A DNA stretch of 64,000 nucleotides from Octopus vulgaris (GCA_951406725.2 OX597841.1:15810001-15874000); one strand, 5' to 3'. Numbered from the stretch's first letter, positions 1 through 13,378 are shown. Program-made: numbers and translations. The notes: generated by a model not told the origin, from the letters alone.

Positions 1-181
<181 letters not shown>

Positions 182-554
182 AAAAAGGATTGCGGTGGAG
201 CATTAAATCCTGAGAGGGTGGAGTTTAGAGGAGAAAATTTTAACATGAAAGCAGTTTGCAACCAACTGTTAGAAATGTTCTCCTGTCATTGGTATAATTA
301 ATTATTAAAAGCAGCAGTTAATTAATGAAATAATATTATTTCTTAAGCGGTGAAATTTAGTTTTCAAGATCACAATTTCATTAGTTGTTTGTTTATAGGT
401 TTTTTTTCTTTGTTTCAGTCATTTGGCAGTGCTTCGAACGGTTTTAGTCGAACAAATCGACGCCAGGGCTTATTTTTTAGGCCTAGCACTTATTTTATCG
501 GTCTCCTTTGCCAAGTTGTGGGGATATTATGGGGATGTGAAGACACTAAAATGC

Positions 555-585
<31 letters not shown>

Positions 586-805
586 CATACATATAAAATT
601 AAATAAAATATCTATGTAGTCGACCGGTTTCGCTCAAACACATCATGATTACGTATTTAGAGACAATGTTACGCTTTCATGCTACCACAATAGTATGTTT
701 TCATTCCATGTGAATGAAGGCAGGATATTTTGAAAATGAATCATATATCATACACACACACACACACACACACACATATATGCATAGACATACATCTCAA
801 CAAAA

Positions 806-843
<38 letters not shown>

Positions 844-844
844 T

Positions 845-1169
845 GAGGGAGATAAATTGAATATTAATTTAATTAATAACAATTTAGAACCAGTAGCCTA
901 GCATATATTAAAAGAATCTGAAAAATCAGAAAATTTTTCAATACATGTGTATATTTAGGGATAAACCACTAGGTGGATAACCATAGGCTAGAAGAAGATT
1001 ACATCTTCTTCTTGATTTTTTATATAATTTTCATCTGTCTTTCTCGCTTATGTTCTGGTGTTCACTGAATTTTCTCTGGAGAACATTTTTTTCTCTTTGT
1101 AGTTAGATCTTATGTGATCTTCTTCTAGTGTATGGTTATCCACCTAGTGGTTTATCCCTAAATATACAC

Positions 1170-1175
<6 letters not shown>
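845..1175. mobile_element. Penelope-like non-autonomous fragment with fold-back
   Basis: Inverted arms 941-1004 and 1112-1175 (61/64 identical), embedded in (TA)n; upstream part resembles 3992-4080. Confidence 0.55.
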
Positions 1176-1215
<40 letters not shown>

Positions 1216-1350
1216 CTTACAAAATAAGGGCAAAAGAAAAATTCTAATGCCAAATATGCCGAAAAAAAGACAAAATTGTCAGTAACCATTATAATTTATG
1301 CGTCTCAAAACAAGCCGATAGAAGTTTCTAAAAAATCAGTTATTACCGTA

Positions 1351-1400
1351 TTGGTCCCAATTTCGGGGTTAATTCATAAGAATTTTCCCCTCGTCACATT
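1351..1400 (-). ncRNA. Decayed hammerhead-like motif
   Basis: Minus strand: gTGACGA-GGGG-18nt-CCCC-GAAA; C3 and helix I/III are degenerate. Confidence 0.35.
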
Positions 1401-1425
1401 AGTTATATATACATATATATATATT

Positions 1426-1493
<68 letters not shown>

Positions 1494-1885
1494 TTGTTCT
1501 TCGTAATAGAAACTTTCTGGGTCTCTCTTGAGTCTGATAGCAACAGATGAAACGCTGTGTAAACAAAGTGACAAAAGTCTTATTAAAAGAATTTCCGCCA
1601 TCAGCAGCCAAACGATCAGATATTAATCACAGTTTTTTTTTAAAAAGATTAATTAAGATTAAATGAAAGTTGCAAAACTACTTAAGCGAGAATATATTGT
1701 TGGTTGTAACTGTAAACATTAAACCTAGCAGGTTTTTCAATTACGGACCGCAAGTTATTACATTTTGATATGTATAGGCGTACGTGTATATGTATATGTG
1801 TATATAATATATATATACATTTACACACCACACACACACACACACACACACACACAAGTATATATATATATTTATATATATATAT

Positions 1886-1920
<35 letters not shown>

Positions 1921-2020
1921 CATATACATGATACAGATATATAGACATATGAGTGTGTATTTAAAAACATAACTGTATACATATACATGCAAATGTATGT
2001 ATATATACATATTTGTGTGG

Positions 2021-2055
<35 letters not shown>

Positions 2056-2060
<5 letters not shown>

Positions 2061-2285
2061 CTTTACTACCCACAAGGGGCTAACCACAGAGGATACAAAC
2101 AAGAACAGACAAACGAATTAAGTCGATTACGTCGACCCCAGTGTGTAACTGGTACTTATTTATCGACCTCGAAAGGACGAAAGGCAAAGTCGACCTCGGC
2201 GGAATTTGAACTCAGAACGTAACGACAGACGAAATACCGCTAAGCATTTCGCCCGGCGTGCTAACGTTTCTGCCAGCTCGCCGCC
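2056..2285 (-). mobile_element. tRNA-derived SINE family M (Meta-domain-like), monomer
   Basis: Head GGCGGCGAGCTGGCAG...GAGTTCAAATTCC with A/B boxes; central GCCTTT...TTTCGAGGTCGATAAATAAGTACCAG resembles the Meta domain; ends in (TA)n. Confidence 0.85.
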
Positions 2286-2318
2286 TTTCCTATATATATA
2301 TACGTGTAAATACACACA

Positions 2319-2396
<78 letters not shown>

Positions 2397-2406
2397 TGTA
2401 TATATA

Positions 2407-2700
2407 GGCTCTAGAGTGGCTGTGTGGTAAGAAGCATGCATCCCATCTAAATGGTTCTGGGTTCAGTCCCTCTGTGTAGCACCTTGAGCAAGTGTCTTCA
2501 ACTATAGCCCCGGGCCGACCAAAGCCTTGTGAGTGGATTTGGTAGACGGAAACTGAAAGAAGCCCTTCGTATATATAATTACGTACGTATATATGAATTT
2601 ATGTACCTGCGTTTGTCCCCCACCATCGTTCGACAACCGATGTTGATGTGCTTACGTCCACGTAACTTAACGGTTCGACAAAAGGGACCGACAGAATAAT
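2407..2700 (+). mobile_element. tRNA-derived SINE family A, 3'-truncated
   Basis: Matches the full copy at 31387-31809 (GAGTGGCTGTGTGGTAAG...GGTTCAGTCCC...GGTAGACGGAAACTGAAAGAAGCCC). Confidence 0.85.
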
Positions 2701-2738
2701 TACGAGAGTTATTTGTCTGTGTGCGTGTTTGTGTGTGT

Positions 2739-2784
<46 letters not shown>

Positions 2785-2909
2785 ATATATCATTCATAAA
2801 ATAATTAGTAAAATTGTACTTTATGATTAAAATATTTTATCGGTTAAGGAAATATATTTACATTCCATATAAGTGTCTGTGAGCATGTGTATATATATAT
2901 ATATGTGTG

Positions 2910-3019
<110 letters not shown>

Positions 3020-3201
3020 TATATTATACATATACATATACATATATATGTATGTATATATGTATGCATATGCATATGCTAACGTATACATATATATGTA
3101 TATATATATATATATATATATAGGGAGAGAGAGAACGAAAGAGAGAGGGAGAGAGAGAGTAGAACAAGAGAGAGAAAGCGAAAGAGAGAGAGAAAACAAA
3201 G

Positions 3202-3242
<41 letters not shown>

Positions 3243-3444
3243 AACGTACACATACATACATGCGTGTATACATAGCGGCAGATACACACAGATACATATG
3301 GCTATATATACGCATATATTTATTTATTCATGCATGTATTCAAATACCTCTGTATATATGCATGCATTTGTATATACACACACTTTTATACAAACACACA
3401 TACACACATACACACACACACACACATACTCACACACACATATG

Positions 3445-3496
<52 letters not shown>

Positions 3497-3571
3497 ATAT
3501 AAATATATATATATATATACATATACAATTATATGTATATACATATATATATGGATATATACATATACAAA

Positions 3572-3609
<38 letters not shown>

Positions 3610-3686
3610 TGTATATATATATGTACATGTATATATATGTAGGTATATATATATATATATATATATATACATAAACAACTAAGCAC

Positions 3687-3723
<37 letters not shown>

Positions 3724-3927
3724 GTATTTAATGATGAATAAACTCTAACTTTTTAAATGAATTAAGACCTATAATGTCTTAAGCATGAAGCGTTCCTGTA
3801 TTTCCAGTTGACACATAAAAATTTTTTATTGTGTAAACCCAGAGAAATCGTTTCTGTTTTATATCTCACGTAAAAGATTAATATTTTGCGGAGGTGTTAA
3901 TAATGCGTGTGCGTGGGAGGAAATATG

Positions 3928-3991
<64 letters not shown>

Positions 3992-3997
<6 letters not shown>

Positions 3998-4278
3998 TAA
4001 GGGTAAAAATTGATGTTAGTCAATTAAAAACCAGTGGTCTAGCACATTAAAAAGAATCCGAAGATTAAAATATTTATATATACCAATTAAGGACTGAACA
4101 CGAAAAGGTGGACAGTCAACATGCTAGATATAGACGTCAAATCGCCATTCTCCACAAAGATTTAGGTCGTGCTGAATTTTATTTTTATTTGAGAACAAAA
4201 TCTTTGTGGAGAATGGCGATTTGACGTCTATATCTAGCATGTTGACTGTCCACCTTTTCGTGTTCAGTCCTTAATTGG

Positions 4279-4285
<7 letters not shown>
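3992..4285. mobile_element. Penelope-like fragment with a perfect ~88-bp inverted repeat
   Basis: Arms 4076-4163 and 4198-4285 are exact reverse complements around a 34-bp spacer; (TA)n on both flanks. Confidence 0.6.
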
Positions 4286-4319
<34 letters not shown>

Positions 4320-4326
4320 TTATGTG

Positions 4327-4362
<36 letters not shown>

Positions 4363-4364
4363 TA

Positions 4365-4612
4365 TGAAAGAGATCAAAGAGGGAAAGGATCCCATCAGCT
4401 TTAAACGGAGTCTGGATAGATTCCTTCCAGGAATACCAGATAAGCCACCCATAATTGGATACAACTCACCCAACAAAAACTCACTACTTGAATGGACCAT
4501 AAACAAAACTTGACTTAAACAGGATTCAAATAATCCTATCAGGTGGTGCTATTAAGTTAGACATGGCCTGGACCAATCTTTGGTCGAAACATATCTAAGT
4601 TTATCTAAGTTT
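4365..4612 (+). mobile_element. CR1-type LINE 3' end (family 2)
   Basis: KEIKEGKDPISFKRSLDRFLPGIPDKP, then a tail with (ATCTAAGTTT)2; second copy at 14058-14445 (-). Confidence 0.75.
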
Positions 4613-4639
4613 ATGTATGTATGTATACATATATGGTTG

Positions 4640-4800
4640 GAATTTACAAAAAAATTTAAAAGAAAGCAAAAGACGAAGACAGTGGTGTAAACAACAAACA
4701 GATGTATTAGTTTAACGCTCGGGGAATGAGAAATTCTTTCACGTTTCGAGCCAACGCTCTTCAACAGAAAGGAACACTGATAGAAACAAGGAAAGAAAAA
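4640..4800 (-). mobile_element. PLE-like repeat with CUGUUGA hammerhead variant (4736-4771)
   Basis: Reverse complement of 36050-36230: cttt-CTGTTGA-a-GAGC-gttg-GCTC-GAAAcgtg-aaag. Confidence 0.6.
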
Positions 4801-4904
4801 AAGAAAAAGGTTTAGTGGCTATATATTTATGATTAATAAGAAACCTAGCAATTAGTGATATTAACAATTAAAGAATGGTTAATGATATTTATAAAATAGA
4901 TATT

Positions 4905-5330
4905 TAGGAGTGTGTAAGCAAGAACTACGATCCTTTTCAGATTTAAGATCTCTATTGCACTGCTGAATTCTAGATCTGAAATTTTCAGTCGTTGTAAGCA
5001 TATGACTAAGTTCATGCTAACGAATTGGAATGTGCCACATTCTACGGATTGAACAACTGCACCACAGACTCTATGCCACCATCTTTTCAGCCTTATATCT
5101 TACGGCCTAAGAGAAAATTACCTCCTTTTGCATCTTTCTGTTTTGCTTTTCGTTTTCCGGTTTTCAACCTTCCGCTTTTTATTTCTTCTTCCTTATCGAT
5201 TTTTCACGCTTTTTCTCTCATCCTATTGTTTCAATTTTAGGTCCGCATACTATGTGGGCAATGCCTGATGATTGGCCTGCGACACTGTCTGGCATGCTCT
5301 CAGCACGTGAAACTAATAGTAGCACATAAC
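4905..5330 (+). mobile_element. Penelope-like element 3' end (ORF C-terminus plus hammerhead core)
   Basis: 4921-5028 reads RTTILFRFKISIALLNSRSEIFSRCKHMTKFMLTNW, matching the LLNxRSEIxSxCxH C-terminus of PLEs; downstream tgc-CTGATGA...GAAACtaataGTA-gca at 5262-5324. Confidence 0.7.
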
Positions 5331-6358
5331 AATATATATAGCAATTATCAAATATTATGTGTGTCTGTCTGTCTGTCTGTCTGTGCCTCCGTGTGTGTGT
5401 GTCTGTGTTTGTATATGTGTGTGTGTGTTAGTGTAACAGAGATAGGAGATTTTTAATTAGTACTGAGGTGTTAGACAGATGAAATGTTAAAGGGCTTGTG
5501 TGTGAATATTTATATATATGCGTGTGTGTATGTGTGTGTGTGCGTTTACACACGCACATGCGTGTGACGGGTTGCGTGTATACACGCGTTTCAATGGGTG
5601 TCACCTTGAGGCACATAGAAATCTTCGAGACATAAGTATGCTTAATTGCTACACACACACACATACACACACATATCTATACCTTCATTCATATATATGT
5701 GTGTGTGCGAGTGTGTATGTGTGTATGTGTGAGTGTGTGTGTGTAAATTCAAAATAAGCAACAGGATATGTATATATATATATATGTATATATAATATAT
5801 ACATGCCATAACGTAATTGCATATATCCATCCATGTGTGTGTGTGTGTGTGTACGTATGTATAAGCACGCATGCACGCACTCGCATCCGTTTGTGTTTAA
5901 GGGATAAGCCGTTCCTCTGAAGTATTTCTTAATAAAAAAATTAGAGATTATACATCTTAGATTTACCTATTTAAGTTTGTGTGTGTGTGTGTGTATATAT
6001 GTGCATGTGTATATATGTGTGTGTGTATATATGTGTGTGTTGTGTGTGTGTGTGTGTGAGTGATAATATGCCTGTATGTATGTGTGAGCGTGTATGTGCA
6101 TCATACATACAAACCTCATGCATGACGTTCGCCCTTCATGTCCTAGAACGTGACCAGATTAGCAGCATTTTACTGTGTAGGACCCGGAGGTGGTTTCTGA
6201 GGTCAACATTTGCATATAATCCAATGTTACAATAAGGCCGCGTAATAACAAGACCAGGAGCCAGTGTATATAGCATTTGTTTCTTTTTGTTTTCTTTTTG
6301 CTTTTTTGTTTTTGGTAAGTATTTCGTAAAGGATCCGTTCGTACCTTGCTGTGAACGC

Positions 6359-7148
6359 AAATACCTATTTCTTTACTACCCTCAAGGGGCTAAACACAGA
6401 GGGGACAAACAAGGACAGACAAACGGATTAAGTCGATTATATCGACCCCAGTGCGTAACTGGTACTTAATTTATCGACCCCGAAAGGATGAAAGGCAAAG
6501 TCGGCCTCGGCGGAATTTGAACTCAGAACGTAACGGCAGACGAAATACCTATTTCTTTACTACCCACAAGAGGCTAAACACAGAGGGGACAAACAAGGAC
6601 AGACAAACGGATTAAGTCGATTATATCGACCCCAGTGCGTAACTGGTACTTAATTTATCGACCCCGAAAGGATGAAAGGCAAAGTCGGCCTCGGCGGAAT
6701 TTGAACTCAGAACGTAACGGCAGACGAAATACCTATTTCTTTACTACCCACAAGAGGCTAAACACAGAGGGGACAAACAAGGACAGACAAACGGATTAAG
6801 TCGATTATATCGACCCCAGTGCATAACTGGTACTTAATTTATCGACCCCGAAAGGATGAAAGGCAAAGTCAACCACGCCGGAATTTGAACTCAGAACGTA
6901 ACGGCAGACGAAATACCTATTTCTTTACTACCCTCAAGGGGCTAAACACAGAGGGGACAAACAAGGACAGACAAACGGATTAAGTCGATTATATCGACCC
7001 CAGTGCATAACTGGTACTTAATTTATCGACCCCGAAAGGATGAAAGGCAAAGTCGGCCTTGGCGGAATTTGAACTGAGAACGTAACGGCAGACGAAATAC
7101 CGCTAAGCATTTCGCCCGGCGTGCTAACATTTCTGCCAGCTCGCCGCC
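6359..7148 (-). mobile_element. Head-to-tail tetramer of SINE family M (4 x 184 bp plus one head)
   Basis: AAATACC junctions at 6359, 6543, 6727, 6911 and 7095; units nearly identical; single tRNA head at 7095-7148. Confidence 0.92.
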
Positions 7149-7746
7149 TGTTACGAGAGTTAGCAGGGCGTGCTAGAAATAGCAGCCACATTTTTTTTTG
7201 CTCTTCTGGAAAAAAAGAGCCGTTTACGCCTGATTTCGTTGTCACATTCGTTGAAAGCATGTGAAATAAATCGGAAAAGAAAATAAATAAATCAACAAAT
7301 AAACTGGCGAAACAAAACTCCGTTTGTGGCAAGCTCCAAGTTTCCCGAGAAACTTCGAGGTCCCCACCCGCCTCGCCTCTTTCTTTTCCAGAAAGAAATG
7401 GCTTGCGGAGGGTTTGGAGGTCAGATACGTTGAATGCACACGAAAGAACCTGTGGAAAAAAATTATTTCACACCGAGGTACGAACGAGACCTTTACGAAA
7501 TATTTATCCTTCATATATATATATATATGTATATATATTATATTAAATTAGAGATAAAACCACTATTAGGCAAATCAAACAGTGAAAATCATAAGCCAAT
7601 ACATAGAAATAAAATTAATTTAAAAAATATATAAAAAATATAAAATATAAAATTCCAAATTAAAATATTTAAATTAAAGTTATATATATATATATTGAAA
7701 AAAGTCAAGGTAGAAAATGCTAAAATAATTTCATAAAAAACCGTTT

Positions 7747-7782
7747 TAGTACCGGTTTCAATCATTGAGACTTTTTCAACTG
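7747..7782 (-). ncRNA. Minimal hammerhead-like motif, U3-A8 core variant
   Basis: Minus strand: ag-TTGAAAA-AGTC-tcaat-GATT-GAAAC-CG-GTA-ct. Confidence 0.5.
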
Positions 7783-7944
7783 TAAGCATGGAAAGCAATT
7801 AGATTTTGGAAAAATTAAAAGAAAAATTTTTTAAAAAGAATATTTGCATAGTATTCAAATACAAGGGGCATTTTGCTCGTTTCTGCCTGTCTCTGTCTCT
7901 CTTGTTTAATCTTGTGGGTTCGAGGTCGTTGGGAATTCTTGGCA

Positions 7945-8048
7945 GAGGAGGAGGAGGAGGAGGAGAAGAAGAAGAAGAAGAAGAAGAAGAAGAAGAAGAA
8001 GAAGAAGAAGAAGAAGAAGAAGAAGAAGAAGAAGAAGAAGAAGAAGAA
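7945..8048. repeat. (GGA)n(GAA)n microsatellite
   Basis: Direct inspection. Confidence 0.95.
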
Positions 8049-8339
8049 GGATGCGGGAGTGCCATGATAGTAGTATGTTAAATGGTCAAGTAGCCTGAAA
8101 GTGACCCGTTGTGGAAGGCAGTATATCTTCTTTTGCTGGTATCTCAAATTTAGGTTAAATCAGTGTTACTCAAAGGGGAGGCCTATGGGACGGTCGGACA
8201 AGTTGTTTTAAGAAAATTTGGTTTAAATGTTTGACAACTCAGCACCGTCCATTATACGGGGGGCGTTTTGCTCGTATATGTATATATATACGGCTACGCA
8301 TTTCGCCCGGCGTGCTAACGTTTCTGCCAGCTCGCCGCT

Positions 8340-8402
<63 letters not shown>

Positions 8403-8406
<4 letters not shown>

Positions 8407-8735
8407 CAGTGATCGTAGGAGCACTAGGAATGATCAAGAAGGGAACCGAAAATTATATGAGAATGATCCCTGGCTTACCATCCCTGCAAGAAGTGCAAAA
8501 GATTGTCTTAACTGGTACATCACACGTATTGAGAAGAGCATTGTCGATGTGAGAACTATTACTACCCATGTATTTTAATTTAACTTTATTTCTATCAAAA
8601 AAACAAAAAAAATGAACGAACTAGTGAGTTTAGTTTAATGGCCTACCAATGTATACTATGAGTTTCTTTGCCCTAGGAGTCGGGAAGACACTCGGCAAGA
8701 AATGGAAGCAAATTTGAAAGAAGAAGAAAAACCAA
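8403..8735 (+). mobile_element. R4/Dong-type non-LTR retrotransposon 3' end in (TAA)n
   Basis: 8403-8552 reads IPVIVGALGMIKKGTENYMRMIPGLPSLQEVQKIVLTGTSHVLRRALSM* (RLE C-terminal PVxxGALG); TAA arrays on both sides. Confidence 0.8.
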
Positions 8736-8761
8736 TAATAATAATAATAATAAAAATAATA

Positions 8762-8849
<88 letters not shown>

Positions 8850-8851
<2 letters not shown>

Positions 8852-10110
8852 TCACTACTACTACCACAACAATCACAACTACCAATACCACTCCTGCTAC
8901 TACTACTACTACAACTACTACTACGACGACGACGACGACTACTACGCCGACTACTACTTCAGCTACTACCACCGCCGCCACCACCACTACCGCCGCCGCC
9001 ACCACTACCGCCACCTCCGTTTCCACCACCGCAGCTATCGTTTCTCCTCCTCCATCGCCACACCCCATGTACACCGCCATCGCCTCCATCTTCACCACCA
9101 TCGCCCTCGCCTTCAGTAATAGCACCAACAGAACCACCACCACCATCGCCATCAATATCGCCATAGCCATCATCACTGTCGTCACCACAAGCAAACACCA
9201 CCACCACCACTAACGTCACCATCGCCATCGCTACCGGCATCATCATCACCACCACCATCACCACCACCCTCACTGCCGCCACCATCATCGCCACCAGCAA
9301 CACCACCACCATCACCATCACCATCATTACCACCACCACCACCACCACCACCACCACCATCCCCTCACGACCACCACGACCACCGCTACCGCAACCACCA
9401 CCTCCACCACCATTACCATCACCACCACAACAACATCACCACCACCACCGCCAACACCACAACATCACCTCCACCATCATCACCATCACCATCACCACCA
9501 CCACCACCACCACCATCACCATCACCATCGCCACCACCACCACCGCCACCACAACAGCATCACCTCCACCACCGCCACCACCACAACATCACCTCCACCA
9601 CCGCCAACACCACAACATCATCTCCACCACCATCACCATCACCACCATCGCCCACCACCACAACATCACCTCCACCACCGCCAACACCACAACATCATCT
9701 CCACCACCACCACCATCACCACAACATCACCTCCACCACCGCCAACACCGCCAACACCACAACATCATCTCCACCACCATCACCACCACCGCCCACCACC
9801 ACAACATCACCTCCTCCACCGCCAACACCACAACATCATCTCCACCACCATCACCATCACCACCACCGCCACCACCACAACATCACCTCCACCACCGCCA
9901 ACACCTCAACATCATCTCCACCACCATCACCATCACCACCACCGCCACCACCACAACATCACCTCCACCACCGCCAACACCACAACATCATCTCCACCAC
10001 CATCACCATCACCACCACCGCCAACACCACAACATCATCTCCACCACCACCACCATCACCATCACCACCACCGCCCACCACCACAACATCACCTCCTCCA
10101 CCACCGCCAC
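8850..10110. repeat. (ACC/ACT/ATC)n low-complexity block with ~20-45-bp higher-order units
   Basis: Recurrent CCACCACCGCCAACACCACAACATCATCT units at 9440-10100. Confidence 0.9.
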
Positions 10111-10439
10111 TGTCACTCCGTCTCCCTCCTTCCTCTTTCTTTTCCTCCCTTCGTCCTATCCCTCCCCCCCCCCCGCATCCATTCCCGGCCGCGACCACCA
10201 CCACTCCTTGTACCCCCCTCCAGCTGTCGCCTTATCATCTTGTACGGTTTCTTGGTCCCTCGCCCCATTTCGCCTTCCTTTTTCTTTTTTCTTTTCTTTT
10301 TGTTGTTTTTTCGTCTTTTTTTTTTTGTACTGGAGACCCGCATCCATTCGCAGCTGCCGGCTTAATCACGTGTCATGGCGGCGCTGGTAATGGCGGGCGA
10401 CCTGGCTGGCTGGCTTTGCTCTGCGCTTCGGAGATGGAT

Positions 10440-10870
10440 GTGTGTGTGTGTGTGTGTGTGTATGTATAAGTGTACGTGTCTCTGTGTGTGTGTGTGTGTG
10501 TATACATAGCTGTGTGTGTGTGTGTGAAAATGGGTGTGAGAGCATGTGTCTGTGTATGTGTGTGTATAAGTGTACGTGTGTGTGTGTATGTGTGTACATA
10601 GCTGTGTGTGTGTGTGCGTGTGTGTGTGAAAATGGGTGTGAGAGCATGTGTCTGTGTATGTGTGTGTGTAAGTGTACGTGTGTGTGTGTACATAGCTGTG
10701 TGTGTGTGTGTGTATGTATAAGTGTACGTGTCTCTGTGTGTGTGTGTGTATACATAGCTGTGTGTGTGTGTGTGTGAAAATGGGTGTGAGAGCATGTGTC
10801 TGTGTATGTGTGTGTGTAAGTGTACGTGTGTGTGTGTATGTGTGTACATAGCTGTGTGTGTGTATGCGTG
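10440..10870. repeat. (GT)-based minisatellite
   Basis: Three copies of GAAAATGGGTGTGAGAGCATGTGTCTGTGTATG with ACATAGCTG / AAGTGTACG subunits. Confidence 0.85.
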
Positions 10871-10999
10871 TGTGTGTGTGTGTGTGTGTGCATGGCTGAG
10901 TGTATGTGAAAGAGAGAATGCGTGTGCGTTTCTGTGTATACGTTGTGTGTGCATGTGCGTGTAGGCTCTTATATATATACATGTTTATGTGTGTGAGTG

Positions 11000-11032
<33 letters not shown>

Positions 11033-11556
11033 TGTGTGTGGTGTGTGTGTGTGTGTGTGTATGTGATGTGTGTGTGTGTGTATGTGGTGTGTGTGTGTGT
11101 GTGTGTATGTGTTGTGTGTGTGTGTGTATGTGATGTGTGTGTGTGTGTGTGTATGTGGTATGTGTGGTGTGTGGTGTGTGTGTGTGTATGTGTATGTGGT
11201 GTGTGTGTGTGTGTGTGTGTGGTGACATGTGTATGTGACTTAGACACAGTGATTATTCTGTATGCGTGTGTTTTACGCTGTATTCTGTATGTATGTATAT
11301 ATATATATATACGTGTGTGTGTGTGTGTGTGTGTATACAGAACACTATGTCTTTTGTGTCTGGCAGGGAGGGTCACACACACATACACATACACACGCAC
11401 GCACACACACACACACACACACACACAACAGACAATCTATTCTGTATGCGTATATTCACATGGCCTTGCATTTAGATCTGTGTGCGTGTGTGTGTGTGTG
11501 TTACATTGTAATTTAAGCTTGTACGTGTGACGGATATATTGTGACTGCGTGTATCT

Positions 11557-11596
<40 letters not shown>

Positions 11597-11653
11597 GAGA
11601 GAGTGGCAGACAGAACGACAGACTGACAGTATGACTATTGAGTATGCATATAT

Positions 11654-11877
11654 CTCTTTTACTCTTTTACTCTTTTACTTGTTTCAGTCATTTTGACTGC
11701 GGCCATGCTGGAGCACTGCCTTTTTTAATCGAGCAACTCGACCCCGGGACTTATTCTTTTTGTAAGCCCAGTACTTATTCTATCGGTTCTCTTTTGCCGA
11801 ACCGCTATGTGACGGGGACGTAAACACACCAGCATCGGTTGTCAAGCAATGCTAGGGGAACAAACACAGACACACAA

Positions 11878-11914
<37 letters not shown>

Positions 11915-12073
11915 CATATATACGACAGGCTTCTTTCAGTTTCCGTCTACCAAATCCACTCACAAGGCATTGGTCAGCCCGAGGCTAAAGTAGAAGACAC
12001 TTGCCCAAGATGCCACGCTGTGGGACTGAACCCGGAACCATGTGGTTGGTAAGCAAGCTACTTACCACTCCTG
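11654..12073 (-). mobile_element. SINE family A, near full length
   Basis: Reverse complement of 31387-31809; (AAAAGAGT)n tail and internal (TA)/(TG) linker. Confidence 0.92.
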
Positions 12074-12482
12074 GTGTATATGTGTGTGTGCGTATGTGTC
12101 TGCGTGTGTGTCTGTGTGTGTGAATATGTGAACGCGTGTGTATGTGTTACAATGTGTTTGTGACGGATGTATCATGCCTGTGTGACAGACAGGGACAGAG
12201 AGACAGACAGACAGACACAGACACACGCATACACATACACATATACACACACAGTATGACTATCTAAGATGTGCGACTGTATGGCTTGATGTGTGTGTGT
12301 ATGTGTGTGTATGCGTGTGTTTGTGTGTGTGTGTGTGTGTGTGTTACACAGCCTGTTGTGGGACTCACTGTCACAGACACACGGACGGACAGCGTGTGTG
12401 TATCTCAGAGCGACACACGGACAGTCAGCGTGTGTGTATCTCAGAGCGACACACAGACAGACAGCGCATTTGTTGCACATAT

Positions 12483-12690
12483 TCTCTTTATTCCTTTACT
12501 TGTTTCAGTAACTTGACTGCGGCCATGCTGGAGCACCGCCCTCGAAGGACTTTAAGTCGAACGAATCGACCCCAGGACTTTTATCTCTTTTTTTTTTTTT
12601 TCTTTCAAGCCTAGTACTTATTCTGTCGGTCTCCCTTTACCGAACCGCTATTTACGGGGACGTAAACACACCAACAGCGGTTGACGAACG
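12483..12690 (-). mobile_element. SINE family A, 3' half
   Basis: TTGTTTCAGT...GCGGCCATGCTGGAGCACCGCC...CCGAACCGCTA. Confidence 0.8.
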
Positions 12691-12734
12691 GTAATGGGGT
12701 GGGGGATGAAAACACATTGACACAAAGACACGCG

Positions 12735-12789
<55 letters not shown>

Positions 12790-13087
12790 GTATATACCCT
12801 CTTTCTCTTTTTCTCTCCCCTTGCTCATACGTGACCATCGTCCATTTTTCTTTTCCTCACATGACAATCTTTTCCTGCACGTCGTCCTAAGGACTGGACG
12901 TCTTCTATCTCTCTATTCTATCTTTTCTCTTTTCAAAGAAAGTATTTCTCCCAACGTTCACTATTTTCCCCTCGTTCTGGTCTAACAACCCTCCATATTT
13001 GTTTTCGTTTGGTTTCCATGTATATCTCCACTATCCTGTTTTTGTTCCCAACTTTGACCTGCCATAATCCAAAAATTCTATTTTGGA

Positions 13088-13378
13088 AGTTAAGTTAAGT
13101 TAAGTTAATTTTTTGGCTCAAAAAGTAAAAAGCAAGGCCATGTAGGAGGACATGGTGTTTTGTACATGGTGGTGTTCATGCAAAGAGTTCAGGCCATTTG
13201 TGGTCAAGAGAGACTTTGAACCGAGCGGTCGTCGGCATCTTCACTATCTCGTCCGGCAGCTTATTCCACGGATCCGCAACCCGGACGGAGAAAGCCCCTC
13301 TCCTTCGATTGAGATGAAATCGTCGCAGATAGAGCTTTTCGGAGTGACCCCGCAGCCGACGCTCTGGGAGCAACTGTC
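13088..13378 (-). mobile_element. CR1-type LINE 3' end (family 1)
   Basis: PERRLRGHSEKLYLRRFHLNRRRGAFSVRVADPWNKLPDEIVK...; (TAACT)n tail; same family as 40138-40745. Confidence 0.88.

Noticed and set aside
6359-7148. Regular repeat array resembling CRISPR
   Set aside because: No unique spacers; the units are whole SINE bodies in eukaryotic DNA.
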